A stretch of 64,000 nt of DNA from Cyanobacteria bacterium auto_48_18 (GTDB taxonomy: Bacteria > Cyanobacteriota > Vampirovibrionia > Obscuribacterales > Obscuribacteraceae). The stretch's first letter is position 1, and every line of letters starts with the position of its first letter. A program made the translations under genes and the position numbers. The notes under the pieces were generated by a model that was not told where the DNA came from, made no database searches, and saw only the letters and a program-made list of their open reading frames with translations. The stretch lies in assembly GCA_036170915.1 (NCBI GenBank), contig JAVHQC010000008.1:1-64000 (forward strand), written 5' to 3'. Shown here in pieces: positions 1-9,603 of this stretch.

Positions 1-1262
1 ACTGTGCGCCCTTTGATTAAGCGGCCATTGAACGGTGAGTTTTCACTTTTAGACGCGGCTTTGTGAGCGTTGTATTGCCAGTGGTTACAAGGGTCAAAGA
101 GTGAAAGATTGGCTGCAGCACCCACTTGTAAGCTTGGTTCAGTGATGCCTAAAATGCGGGCTGGTGCTGTGGTGAATTTGCGCACCACTTCTAATAATGA
201 ATGGCGGTCTGCCGCTGGTACACTTTCATCAGCGAGTCGCTCGAGGCAGAGGGCAAAGGCAGTTTCAAGGCCAATTACACCACAGGGCGCGCCGTTGAAT
301 CCTTTTTCTTTTTCACCCACCGTATGTGGTGCGTGGTCGGTGGCGATGGCGTCGATAACCCCTGATTTTAAGGCTTGCACCAGCGCTTCTTGATCTTTTT
401 TCGACCGCAGGGGTGGGTTCATTTTATAGTTGGCATCGTAGCCCGGAATCTCACTATCGGTCAGTGTCAAATGGTGGGGAGTGGTATCACAGGTAACCGG
501 CAGTCCGTCGGCCTTAGCGCGTTCGATTAGTTTAATGGAAGCTCGGGCAGAGACATGGGCAAAGTGCAAAGCTGCCCCGGTAATTCGCACCACTTCTATT
601 TCTCTGGCTATGCAAGCTGCTTCAGAGGCTGTTGTTACGCCGGCCAGTCCTTTAGCGGTGGCGTAGACTGACTCGTTCATGGTGCCTGGGCCCGAGAGAT
701 CTTTGTCTTCAGGATGGCTGACAACCAGTGATCCCAGTGCCTTGGATTGTTCGAGCGCCCGGCGCATCACTGCTAAATTGGTGACGGGCAGGCCGTCGTC
801 TGAAAATCCAACTGCTCCGAGTTGGCTCAGCAGCGCCATTTCAGTTAATTCGCTGCCCGCCATATTTTGGGTTACGCAGGCAATTGGTAACACTTCAATT
901 AAAGCTTTTTCTTTGATGATCTGCAAAAGTTTAGTGAAGATGGCCGGATTATCAATGGGAGGCACGGTGTTGGCCATGGCCACAACTGTAGTGTAGCCGC
1001 CGGTGGCCGCGGCCAGCGTACCTGTAGCTACATCTTCTTTAGCGCTCTGGCCCAGATCGCGCAGGTGTGTGTGCAGGTCTATAAACCCGGGCAGCAGCCA
1101 TAAGCCTTCGCCGTCGAATACAGTTTCTGAACTTTTGGCCTCAAGCTTGCCCGCTTTTCCGATTTCGCTAATCACGCCTTTGTCGATGCGCACATCGCAA
1201 AGTGCTGATTTCTTCTCAACTTTAGCGGCCGGATCGCAGGGCAGACAATTTTTGATCAACAT
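1..1262 (-). CDS. pyrC: Dihydroorotase (3' end beyond window edge)
   Basis: Manual minus-strand translation from ATG at 1262: MLIKNCLPCDP...PGFIDLHTHLRDLG...AAAAGGYTTVVAMANT...DAIATDHAPH. Directly downstream of pyrB. Absent from the ORF track because it is truncated. Confidence 0.92.
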   Translation of the reverse strand, partial: MLIKNCLPCDPAAKVEKKSALCDVRIDKGVISEIGKAGKLEAKSSETVFDGEGLWLLPGFIDLHTHLRDLGQSAKEDVATGTLAAATGGYTTVVAMANTVPPIDNPAIFTKLLQIIKEKALIEVLPIACVTQNMAGSELTEMALLSQLGAVGFSDDGLPVTNLAVMRRALEQSKALGSLVVSHPEDKDLSGPGTMNESVYATAKGLAGVTTASEAACIAREIEVVRITGAALHFAHVSARASIKLIERAKADGLPVTCDTTPHHLTLTDSEIPGYDANYKMNPPLRSKKDQEALVQALKSGVIDAIATDHAPHTVGEKEKGFNGAPCGVIGLETAFALCLERLADESVPAADRHSLLEVVRKFTTAPARILGITEPSLQVGAAANLSLFDPCNHWQYNAHKAASKSENSPFNGRLIKGRT

Positions 1263-1279
1263 AATAGTGCCCTGTGTTT

Positions 1280-2380
1280 CTAGAGTGCCGGCTGAGTAAG
1301 ATTGAGCTGATAACTATTTTGATGATTGAGCAGTAGTGTAAGAACAGCCATGCGACTGAGTATGCCATTTTCTACTTGAGTTAGTATGCAAGAAATTATG
1401 GCATCGTCCGCTAAAGCGTCGGTGATTTCTACGCCGCGATTAATGGGTCCCGGATGCAAAATTCTTACGCCTGAAGCAGCCAGACGAATGCGATCATGAT
1501 CGAGGCGATACTGCTTGCGATATTCATCAATGCTGGCAATCAGGCCCTGAGCTTGTCTTTCTAATTGTAAGCGTAAACAGATAATGAAGTCGGCATTTTT
1601 GATCGCGGCTTCTAAACGGTGGTGCACAATAGCACCCATTTCTTCGTCGGCAAAAGTATCAGGCAACAGTGCCGGCGGGCCTGCCATGTGCACTTCAGCA
1701 CCAAGTTTTTTCAAAAGCCACAAATTTGATCGCGCGACCCGCGAATGAGTGATATCGCCGACGATGGCAATCTTTTTGCCTTTCAGAGTGGTTTCACTCA
1801 AGCGATTTTCAATTTTGCCCGGGGCAGAACTAGTGAAAGCGGGCAGCTCACCCAGGCTTTCCAGAATTGTGTATAAATCAAGTATGCCCTGTGATGGATG
1901 CGCGTGCCAGCCATCACCGGCATTAACCACATGAATTTTGTCGCCCACCGCTGATGACAAATCGTCTGGTGCGCCTGACTGGCTGTGCCGCATCACTATG
2001 GCGTTAACGCCCATGGCCCATAAGTTAAGGGCTGTGTCTGCAAGACTTTCGCCTTTGGCGGCAGACGAAGTGTTGACGTCAAGATTGACCACAGTGGCGC
2101 CCAGTTTGCGTGCCGCCAGGTCAAAACTGGTGCGCGTACGGGTTGAATTTTCATAAAACAGTGTGGCCACGGTGACGGCGCTTAGTATCGTCTGTGGTGG
2201 CTTCTTGTGAAATTGGTTATGTTTGTAATAATGAGCCAGCGCCAGGCAGACGCTAATCTCGTCGAGACTGAGGTCTCTGGTGTCGAGCAAATGTCGCCGC
2301 TGGCGCCAAGCCTGCGCTTCAGCCAGCCCGTCGAGAGTTTCCGCCAGCTTGGAAACAGGGGAATTGTTTTTTGTCAGCAT
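1280..2380 (-). CDS. pyrB: Aspartate carbamoyltransferase catalytic subunit
   Basis: FYENSTRTRTSF, NAGDGWHAHPSQ, GDITHSRVARS and HPGPINRGVEI motifs. Confidence 0.96.
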   Translation of the reverse strand: MLTKNNSPVSKLAETLDGLAEAQAWRQRRHLLDTRDLSLDEISVCLALAHYYKHNQFHKKPPQTILSAVTVATLFYENSTRTRTSFDLAARKLGATVVNLDVNTSSAAKGESLADTALNLWAMGVNAIVMRHSQSGAPDDLSSAVGDKIHVVNAGDGWHAHPSQGILDLYTILESLGELPAFTSSAPGKIENRLSETTLKGKKIAIVGDITHSRVARSNLWLLKKLGAEVHMAGPPALLPDTFADEEMGAIVHHRLEAAIKNADFIICLRLQLERQAQGLIASIDEYRKQYRLDHDRIRLAASGVRILHPGPINRGVEITDALADDAIISCILTQVENGILSRMAVLTLLLNHQNSYQLNLTQPAL

Positions 2381-2513
2381 GCCAGAATTATGAAAGGCCG
2401 ACGGGTCTCTGTCAAATCATGGCAATGCTATATTTAGGTTGATGCGACATCAGGCGTCGATTAACCGGGTTGCCAATCAGCTGACATAGAACCAACGGAA
2501 GAAATTTTTTGTA

Positions 2514-3461
2514 ATGGCGGCAATCTATTCGGCTGACGAAATAATCGAGTTGACTGGTGCAAGAATGGCTGCCGGCATGACTCCTGACGAAGCCGGCGAA
2601 ATTGCCACCGACACCAGAGCCGATTTGACAGGCGCCTGGTTTGTCGCTCTGACCGGCAAAAACTACGACGGACACGACTTTATTGGCGACGCTTTTTCGG
2701 CGGGAGCGCTCGGTTGCATTGTTGCAGACAGGCCGAGCTACCCCATTGCCGCTACTTCCTTTCCCCTTCTGGCGGTAGATGACACCGAAGAAGCGCTTGC
2801 GGTGCTGGGTCGCAACTGGCGCCGCCGCACTCGTAAGAAAATCGTGCTGGTGGCAGCCTCGAGTTTGACGCAGATATCGCAGCTCGCTCACACGCTTTAC
2901 GAAGAGCTGGACGCCGCTCTCGGTCAGACGCCTTCCACTGTGACGTCATCCAGTGACTTCTCGGCGCCGTCGCCCCCTACCCCAAACCGCGGACCGCATC
3001 TGTCTACCCAATTTTCCCTTGACCCTGCTGGTGCTTTTCCCACCGCTGGTGCTCCTTTTTATGCTGGCGACGACCAGGTACAGTCGCTACTTACTAACTG
3101 GAAGCTGAGCACCGCCGACATTCTCACGCGCTTTCTCAATTTGCCTGATGAAGTTGAGTATCTGGTGGCCGACTTTGCGCCCAGTCCTCTTAGCCGCGCC
3201 GTCTGGCTGATTGAGGCGCTTTCTCCCAATGCGCTTTTGCTGGCGGACGACAGTTACGATTTTGCCCGCATCACTGAAGACCCGCTTCTGCTTAAAGAAA
3301 AAATGATAGAGGTGATGGTGGCGGCCAAGGGTCAGGTCTTTACTGATAGTGCCACTTTGAAGGATAGATTTGAGATCACGCTGCTTGCGAGTGACGCGGG
3401 CGCTGATAGTGCTGTACCAATTTTAAATTATCAGCCAGTCTTGAAACAGCTCGGTCTGTAG
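2514..3461 (+). CDS. MurF-like N-terminal domain protein lacking the ATP-binding P-loop
   Basis: TDTR...FVALTGKNYDGHDF...A.SAGA...VDDTEEALAVLG matches the Mur ligase N-domain. No GSxGKT follows. Confidence 0.65.
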   Translation: MAAIYSADEIIELTGARMAAGMTPDEAGEIATDTRADLTGAWFVALTGKNYDGHDFIGDAFSAGALGCIVADRPSYPIAATSFPLLAVDDTEEALAVLGRNWRRRTRKKIVLVAASSLTQISQLAHTLYEELDAALGQTPSTVTSSSDFSAPSPPTPNRGPHLSTQFSLDPAGAFPTAGAPFYAGDDQVQSLLTNWKLSTADILTRFLNLPDEVEYLVADFAPSPLSRAVWLIEALSPNALLLADDSYDFARITEDPLLLKEKMIEVMVAAKGQVFTDSATLKDRFEITLLASDAGADSAVPILNYQPVLKQLGL

Positions 3462-3519
3462 AGTGCGAATTTCGACAGCAAATACGTTTAGCTCAACTAT
3501 AACGTTGGCCTTGGCCAGT

Positions 3520-3915
3520 TCAGGCTGGACGTCTGGCAATGATCAAACGTGTGTGTGAAACCAATCGATAAAGGTTGCGTGTCAGCCACATTGTGCCGGG
3601 CAAGATGTATAAAACCGCAGCGAAGCGGCCGAAAGGCAGATTTTTAAGAATCATCGGAATGGCTTCAGGGCCGTACCAACGCTCGTTGTTGTCGTCAATT
3701 AAAAAGAGACTCCAGCGCGAATCATCGAGATCTTGTATCAACTGGCGAGCAGTGTTGCTGCTTGATTCGCGATCAACAAAAGTGAATAGCTGTGCGCGAT
3801 CCCAGAGCTTGAGGAGCGCGCCCAAACGGTTGACGACGAAACAGCGTTCGTCACAAACGATTGTGAAAGATAAGGATTCCCGGCAATGTATGGCTTTTTG
3901 GTCCATCGCACACAC
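3520..3915 (-). CDS. DCC1/DUF393-like thiol-disulfide oxidoreductase family protein (degenerate Cys motif)
   Basis: IVCDERCF...LKLWDR...YGPEAI...LPG...LYRLVS.TR resembles DUF393. Confidence 0.55.
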   Translation of the reverse strand: MCAMDQKAIHCRESLSFTIVCDERCFVVNRLGALLKLWDRAQLFTFVDRESSSNTARQLIQDLDDSRWSLFLIDDNNERWYGPEAIPMILKNLPFGRFAAVLYILPGTMWLTRNLYRLVSHTRLIIARRPA

Positions 3916-4137
3916 CCTGGATGTAAATTGTAATTTTTGACGTTGGAGAAAGTTTAGCAGAAATTCAGCTTCGCTACATCCTATCAGGTGCCAATAAAGA
4001 TCTTTTTTTTGCTCTTGTTGTAGTGATTTTATCTAGCCTTGTCAAGCAATGGAAAAGAGTTTGGTCAGCCTTTCGCCTGAACGGGTAAAATCAGAAATAT
4101 CGATTTCAGCGTCTGCAAAATTGAAGGTAGACCAATA

Positions 4138-4185
4138 AGTAATTAGGTTAGTAATTAGGTTAGTAATTAGGTTAGTGATTAGGTC
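4138..4185. repeat. Tandem repeat, 4 x 12 bp (AGTAATTAGGTT)
   Basis: Three perfect units plus one with two mismatches, just upstream of the ORF at 4213. Confidence 0.9.
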
Positions 4186-4212
4186 GGTCGATAGATAAGC
4201 AGGTAGATAGAC

Positions 4213-4575
4213 ATGTTCCTGGATGAATATCAATTTCTCACCGAAGTGCTCATTCCTTTTTTGCAGAAAAATTGGGACGAAATCGATCTGGCAGAATCTT
4301 CAGATGGTCATAGCGACGGCCGTTTGACTAAAGCAGAGCTGGCTTCGGCCCGTGATCGCGCCATTGCCCGTGGTGATTTTGAAGCCGCCAATGTTCTGGC
4401 TGAACTGACCTTTCGTTATGACGCCATTTGCGAAGCTTATGCTGATTCAAGCGGCTCGCAGACCGAATCTGCAGCTGGTATCTCTCAGGCTGATATTTCA
4501 GTTTATACGCAGTTGTGGAACCCTGAATATCGTCAGCGCGAGGGTCAGCCTACTCCAGAAAAATGGATGGAGTAA
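4213..4575 (+). CDS. Small acidic hypothetical protein with an EF-hand-like loop
   Basis: DGHSDGRLTKAEL. Stop overlaps the next ATG (TAATG). Confidence 0.6.
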   Translation: MFLDEYQFLTEVLIPFLQKNWDEIDLAESSDGHSDGRLTKAELASARDRAIARGDFEAANVLAELTFRYDAICEAYADSSGSQTESAAGISQADISVYTQLWNPEYRQREGQPTPEKWME

Positions 4576-5408
4576 TGCGCCGGCAGTTTGCCGCCTTGTG
4601 TCTCTCAGCAATTTTCATGGCAGGTTTAAGTGCTTGTGGCCAAGGCAAGCCCGTGAGCGGCGAATCAGTGGCTGTAAAGTCGCACGCGGTGAGCACCGAA
4701 TCAGTGGGCACGAAGCCGCACGCGGTGAGCAACGATGCCACTGGCCGCATTGGTTTTGACAAGGAAAAAGTAGACTTAGGCAAGGTTGAAGCTGCCGCCC
4801 AGGTGCCCTGTTTTTTTACCATTTACAATGGTGGCAATGCCGTACTGCATGTCACTGAAGCTAAGTCAGAATGCGGCTGCACCGCCACCAGATTTAAGGG
4901 TGCGACACTGAAGCCCGGTGCTAAAGTCAAGCTCGACATTTTAGTTGATACCACTATGAAACAGGGCCCAGTGACTAAAGATATGGTGGTTTATTCTGAT
5001 GATCCGGAACGGCCCATAGTCAGGCTCTACATCACCATGGACGTGAAGAACGCTCACGGAAAAATGAGTTTGAAAGATCGCACCAAAATTTTTACCGATG
5101 AAACCTGTAAGCGCTGCCATGTAGATGAAGGAGTTGGACAGTTCGGCAAAGAATTGTTCGAGGCCGACTGTGCCATGTGCCATCGCAAGCAAGAGAGCGG
5201 CATTCTGTCTGGCCCTTTGATTGAATCAGTAGATTATTCTGATGCAGTTTTAAGCGCACATGCGGCGGATGTCATTGCTCACGGCAGTAAGAATAGCCCT
5301 GCTATGCCAGGTTTTCTAGTTGACGACGGCGGCCCTCTGGCGCAAGAGCAAATTGATTCGCTGGTGAATTATTTGAAGACCGCTGCCAAGAATAAGTCAG
5401 CAAAATAA
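4575..5408 (+). CDS. Lipoprotein with DUF1573 Ig-like domain and two c-type heme motifs
   Basis: Lipobox LSAC; F.I.N.G...L...KSECGCT (DUF1573-type); CKRCH and CAMCH; distal PAMPGF. Confidence 0.8.
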   Translation: MRRQFAALCLSAIFMAGLSACGQGKPVSGESVAVKSHAVSTESVGTKPHAVSNDATGRIGFDKEKVDLGKVEAAAQVPCFFTIYNGGNAVLHVTEAKSECGCTATRFKGATLKPGAKVKLDILVDTTMKQGPVTKDMVVYSDDPERPIVRLYITMDVKNAHGKMSLKDRTKIFTDETCKRCHVDEGVGQFGKELFEADCAMCHRKQESGILSGPLIESVDYSDAVLSAHAADVIAHGSKNSPAMPGFLVDDGGPLAQEQIDSLVNYLKTAAKNKSAK

Positions 5409-5439
5409 CTCTTTAGGAGCCAAGTTCTAAAGGCAAGTT

Positions 5440-5913
5440 CTAAAGGCCAAGCTCCGTCAGCCCGGGATGATTCGCCGGTCGCGCTCCCAGAGGCCAATTA
5501 AATAGGCGTTGTTCAGCCTTAATTGGCAGATCGTTGATGCAGGCATAGCGATTACGCATCAGGCCATCTTCGTCAAATTCCCAATTTTCATTGCCATAGG
5601 AGCGATACCAATTGCCGGAATCGTCGTGCCACTCGTAGGCAAAGCGCACTGCTATGCGATTGCTCTCAAAAGCCCATAATTCTTTGATCAATCTGTAATC
5701 GAGTTCTCTGGACCACTTGCGGGTGAGAAAAGCAACAATTTGTTCGCGACCGGCAATAAACTCCGCCCGGTTGCGCCATTGTGAGTTCAGCGAATAGGCC
5801 TGCGCTACTTTTTCAGGGTCGCGACTATTCCAGCCGTCTTCAGCTCCTCGCACTTTTTGTAGTGCGGTTTCATGGGTAAAAGGTGGCAAGGGTGGCAAAG
5901 ATGAGCGTGACAT
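5440..5913 (-). CDS. DUF1348 / SnoaL-like (NTF2 fold) protein
   Basis: WRNRAEF...[13 protein letters not shown]...[28 protein letters not shown]. Confidence 0.9.
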   Translation of the reverse strand: MSRSSLPPLPPFTHETALQKVRGAEDGWNSRDPEKVAQAYSLNSQWRNRAEFIAGREQIVAFLTRKWSRELDYRLIKELWAFESNRIAVRFAYEWHDDSGNWYRSYGNENWEFDEDGLMRNRYACINDLPIKAEQRLFNWPLGARPANHPGLTELGL

Positions 5914-5946
5914 TGGCTAAATTTTACAGCAGTTCGAAGCCATTCT

Positions 5947-6480
5947 TCAATCGGGAATGGTCACTTCTAAAGAGTCACCAACCCGCACTATCCCAGCCTT
6001 GGAAACAATGCCAACCAGCCCGCGAATATGCCAGGCAGCTTTGACAAACTGATGTGGTGTGACGCCACTATGTACGGTGGCTATAGCGCTGCCTGCTTGC
6101 GTGCAGGGATCGTTTTCAGTTTCCACAAAAAGCTCCGCATCAGGGAATCGCAGCAAAGTACCGTGTGGTAATTGGGTGAAATTTTCTATGCCGGAAACAA
6201 TAAAATTGGGGCCGAGGAGCGCCCCTTCAAGCTCCTCTAACTTCAGATTTTTTCTCATCAACTCTACTTCTTCGATAGAAATAGCAGACCATTGGCGCCA
6301 GTTGCGAATCATAGTGCCTCGCACTATGCCTTTGTCGCGGCCATCCGCTTTCTTTAGATCACCGCTGTGTCGGTCACCGACGATACCGTCAGTGCGCAAT
6401 TCTAAAAAAGCGCATTCATCTTTGCGAACGCCTTTATTTCGACCGACATATAAAGATTCAACCCGGCCGGAAATATTCAA
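5947..6480 (-). CDS. MOSC domain protein
   Basis: GIVGDRH, RQWSAIS.EE, LGPNFIVSG, ENDPC, RGLVGIV...G.VRVGD. Confidence 0.85.
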   Translation of the reverse strand: MNISGRVESLYVGRNKGVRKDECAFLELRTDGIVGDRHSGDLKKADGRDKGIVRGTMIRNWRQWSAISIEEVELMRKNLKLEELEGALLGPNFIVSGIENFTQLPHGTLLRFPDAELFVETENDPCTQAGSAIATVHSGVTPHQFVKAAWHIRGLVGIVSKAGIVRVGDSLEVTIPD

Positions 6481-6485
6481 TGAGG

Positions 6486-7640
6486 CTACCTGTGTTCTCC
6501 AACTTCGCGCACTTCGTCGGTTTTATAGCCGTCTTTGTTGAGTTCACTTAGTGCTTTTTGCAAGAATGTCGGATCGGTTCTGCTGTTAAAATTCACCGCC
6601 GCTGGTATCAATTCAGCTTTGAGCATGGCGTCGGCATAGGTCTGAGCCAGAGTCAAATCGGCGGCCTGCAGTTCGATGTGCACATCACCAGGTTTGACCG
6701 CCTTCGTGTTTGACTCAATGACACTGATAAATGGCAACACTTTCGCATCCATCTGTGCTGCGGCAATGTACCATTGATCGGCTTCCTTGCTGTGGGTGGC
6801 GGCATAGTGGTTTGCTTGAATATAGGCCTTGAGCAATTTGATTATTCTTGCCGGATCGCTATCGGCAATCGATTTGCGCACAGTAATTACACCCAGGTGA
6901 CGCTCTGAATTGATTACTTTGCCCAGATTTTTTGACAGCATCAGAGCTGTTTGCGGCTCCCATGTGCCAACGGCGTCGACGCTGCCCTTTTGCATAGCAG
7001 TGGCTTGCTCACTGGGTTTTAAATTAACTAGCTTGACTTTATCTTTGCCTTCACCGATTTGTAAATCGTTTTTTGCCAATAGCTCAAGTACATACGGATG
7101 AGAGCCGCCGCCAAAAGGCACGGCAATGCTTTTGCCTTTTAAATCGCGAAGTGATTCAATTTTGGATCCTTTGCGTGCCACTACTGATAGTGGGCTATCG
7201 GCCAGCTTGCCGACAACTATCCAGTCGTTACTGGCGGCTAGCAGACTGATTGTTGGCACCAAACCGTTATTGACGCAATCGACATCACCATGCAGAGCTG
7301 CTTCGTTTATGTCAGGTCCGAAAAGAAAACCGCGCAACACAACAGGCACACCGTAGAGGTCGGTAATATTCGTATGGTTGAGCGCTTGCATTATTTGGCC
7401 CGTGGTGGCCCAGGATGTCATCCAACCAATTTGAATTGGCTTCGAAGCGTCAGGTGCAGCGCCTTTTTTATCGCCGCCGGCGGGCGTACATGCAGCCAGA
7501 GTCGAAACCGCAATGAAAGTAGTAATCAAAGCAGCAAGACTAATTGAAAAGCGGTTGTACTGAGCCACACGCACAGACTTAAATTTGTCGAAGAACTTCA
7601 TCTCAGGCCAACTCCTCATCGCTAGCATTCTTAAGCGCAT
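6486..7640 (-). CDS. ABC-type substrate-binding lipoprotein (SsuA/NitT/TauA family); start uncertain
   Basis: Lipobox LAAC; SKIESLRDLKGKSIAVP.G; GSVDAVGTWEP. Confidence 0.8.
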   Translation of the reverse strand: MRLRMLAMRSWPEMKFFDKFKSVRVAQYNRFSISLAALITTFIAVSTLAACTPAGGDKKGAAPDASKPIQIGWMTSWATTGQIMQALNHTNITDLYGVPVVLRGFLFGPDINEAALHGDVDCVNNGLVPTISLLAASNDWIVVGKLADSPLSVVARKGSKIESLRDLKGKSIAVPFGGGSHPYVLELLAKNDLQIGEGKDKVKLVNLKPSEQATAMQKGSVDAVGTWEPQTALMLSKNLGKVINSERHLGVITVRKSIADSDPARIIKLLKAYIQANHYAATHSKEADQWYIAAAQMDAKVLPFISVIESNTKAVKPGDVHIELQAADLTLAQTYADAMLKAELIPAAVNFNSRTDPTFLQKALSELNKDGYKTDEVREVGEHR

Positions 7641-7821
7641 TCCATAGCAGCAGTCGCGATTGACTGAATTAAGAAGTGTATCTAAATGAAGCCTGTTGTG
7701 GTCATGTTTTCTTTACTTTGTGAAGTGCGAGAATTTCGCCGCCATTTTTAGAAAGTATGGCTAGGTTTGTCAGTGTGCGGATAATTTTAGGGGAAGGCTC
7801 TAAAGCCTCCCCCTCTGGTGA

Positions 7822-7847
7822 TCCATGTACCGTTAACGGTACATGGA
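7822..7847. repeat. Iterated palindrome copy (26-bp perfect palindrome)
   Basis: TCCATGTACCGTTAACGGTACATGGA. Confidence 0.95.
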
Positions 7848-7863
7848 GCGGATGTTTTGACGC

Positions 7864-7893
7864 GATTCATCAACAGTTAACGGTTGATGGATC
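7864..7893. repeat. Iterated palindrome copy (near-perfect) overlapping the EamA gene stop
   Basis: GATTCATCAACAGTTAACGGTTGATGGATC. Confidence 0.9.
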
Positions 7894-8856
7894 TCCAACT
7901 TTGATGCGCCGACCGTCTTTAATAGTCGAACTTTGCCCAATAGCAGATTGAATTTTTTTAGGCCTGGTGATTAGCCAGACAGCGCAAAGAATAACCGCGG
8001 ACGCGACGATCGTCTGAGCTGTCACCGCTTCACCTGCCAGCGCCCAGCCCAAGAAGACCGCCACGACCGGATTAACATACGCGTAGCTGGAGACTCGAGT
8101 GGGACTGGCCTTCTTGATCATGTAGAGATATGCAGTAAAGGCTACGATGGAACCGAATATTATCAGGTAGATAAACGCCAACCATGATTTAAGGCTGACT
8201 GCAGCTAATTGGAAGCCGTTGTGCTCGCCCAAAGCCAAGGAGATAAGCAGCATGATCACTCCACCGGTTGCTGTTTGCATGCCAGCCGATTGTAATTGCG
8301 ACTCAGGTAGTTTGGCGTGTCTGGCATAGAGAGATCCGGCAGCCCAACCCAATGAAGCCAGTGTCACCCAGATAACACCGACCGGATCGATAGGTGCTGA
8401 ATCTGGGCCTTTACCGGGCCCTAGCAGTAGAATCATGCCGACCACACCAACTACAAGACCGGCGATAGTGAAACGCCCTGGCACGATACCACCTGGTCTG
8501 AGCCATTGCATCAGAACGACATAGATTGGCATGGCTGCCACCATTAGCGATACCAGCCCTGATGGAATCGTTGCCGCAGCGATTACTACTCCGCCGTTGC
8601 CGATTACAAACAGAAGTATGCCAATCACGGCAGCGCGAAACCACTGCCCTGCAGTGGGATGTCGAATGCCGTTACGAGTGGCGTAAAGGTAGAGTACTGC
8701 GCCTGCAATCAGATAGCGGGCGCCAGACATAAGGAATGGCGGCAGACCTTCTAGTCCGAAACGAATAGCTAAATAGGTTGAACCCCATATCAAATACACT
8801 GCTGTAAACGCGGCAATGAGTCTGACGTTTTCTGATTTGAAATCTATGTTGAACAT
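7870..8856 (-). CDS. EamA/DMT family transporter (YedA-like)
   Basis: VYLIWGSTYLAIR, about 10 TM helices, SSYAYVNPVVAVFLG. Confidence 0.92.
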   Translation of the reverse strand: MFNIDFKSENVRLIAAFTAVYLIWGSTYLAIRFGLEGLPPFLMSGARYLIAGAVLYLYATRNGIRHPTAGQWFRAAVIGILLFVIGNGGVVIAAATIPSGLVSLMVAAMPIYVVLMQWLRPGGIVPGRFTIAGLVVGVVGMILLLGPGKGPDSAPIDPVGVIWVTLASLGWAAGSLYARHAKLPESQLQSAGMQTATGGVIMLLISLALGEHNGFQLAAVSLKSWLAFIYLIIFGSIVAFTAYLYMIKKASPTRVSSYAYVNPVVAVFLGWALAGEAVTAQTIVASAVILCAVWLITRPKKIQSAIGQSSTIKDGRRIKVGDPSTVNC

Positions 8857-9044
8857 GTGACACCTGAACCCTTCAATTCACTAAGCAATTGATTGCCTTT
8901 TGCTCAGTTTAAATACTCACCTACAACCTAATTGAATTTGGCGTTTGCGAAATATTACCTAACGAAATACAATCATAGACGTGAAATGACTAATCGCATA
9001 AGAGTCCGAATAGAATTAGGTACCTTTGGTTAGCAGGTAGGCTC

Positions 9045-9497
9045 ATGGATGATATCGACGAAAAACTATTAGGTTTGCTGAAAAAAGACGCCAAGAAAAA
9101 GTATTCGGATTTGGCTGAAATCCTCAATCTTTCTCCTCCATCGGTACATGCTCGAGTGAAGAAGTTGGAGCAGATTGGTGTTATCCGCGGTTATAGCATC
9201 GACATTGACCCGCAAATGCTCGGTCTCAAACTGTGCGCCTTTGTCCGCGTCACAATTGAAGGAATTTCGGCCACGGGTCTAGCAAAGAGTTTGATGGTTT
9301 TTCCTGAACTCGAAGAGTATTACATTGTGGCGGGTGAAGAATGCGTTTTATTGAAGGTGCGTACTGCAGATACGGCGGCACTTTCGGCCTTTTTAGATCG
9401 AATGCGTGAGATCAAGGGTGTGAAAAAAACAATTACCAGTGTTGTGTTAACTACTCCGTTTGAGCGAGGAGTGACACCCAGGCAAGATGAGTTTTAG
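9045..9497 (+). CDS. Lrp/AsnC family transcriptional regulator, divergent from the EamA gene
   Basis: MDDIDEKLL.LL..DA...LAE.LNLS..SV..RVKKLE..GVIRGY. Confidence 0.93.
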   Translation: MDDIDEKLLGLLKKDAKKKYSDLAEILNLSPPSVHARVKKLEQIGVIRGYSIDIDPQMLGLKLCAFVRVTIEGISATGLAKSLMVFPELEEYYIVAGEECVLLKVRTADTAALSAFLDRMREIKGVKKTITSVVLTTPFERGVTPRQDEF

Positions 9498-9522
9498 TAG
9501 ACCGGTCTACTATGCTTGACAT

Positions 9523-9576
9523 AAAAAAGAATATGGCAAGGAGGCAGCCGGAAAGCCGCCCCCTTGCATATTCTTT
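9523..9576. terminator. Probable bidirectional terminator between convergent genes
   Basis: Imperfect hairpin AAAGAATATGGCAAGG...CCTTGCATATTCTTT with A/T tails. Confidence 0.65.
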
Positions 9577-9581
9577 AAGCA

Positions 9582-9603
9582 GATCCATCAACCGTTAACG
9601 GTT
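9582..9603. repeat. Iterated palindrome copy supplying the htpX stop codon
   Basis: GATCCATCAACCGTTAACGGTT; minus strand reads AAC CGT TAA. Confidence 0.93.
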
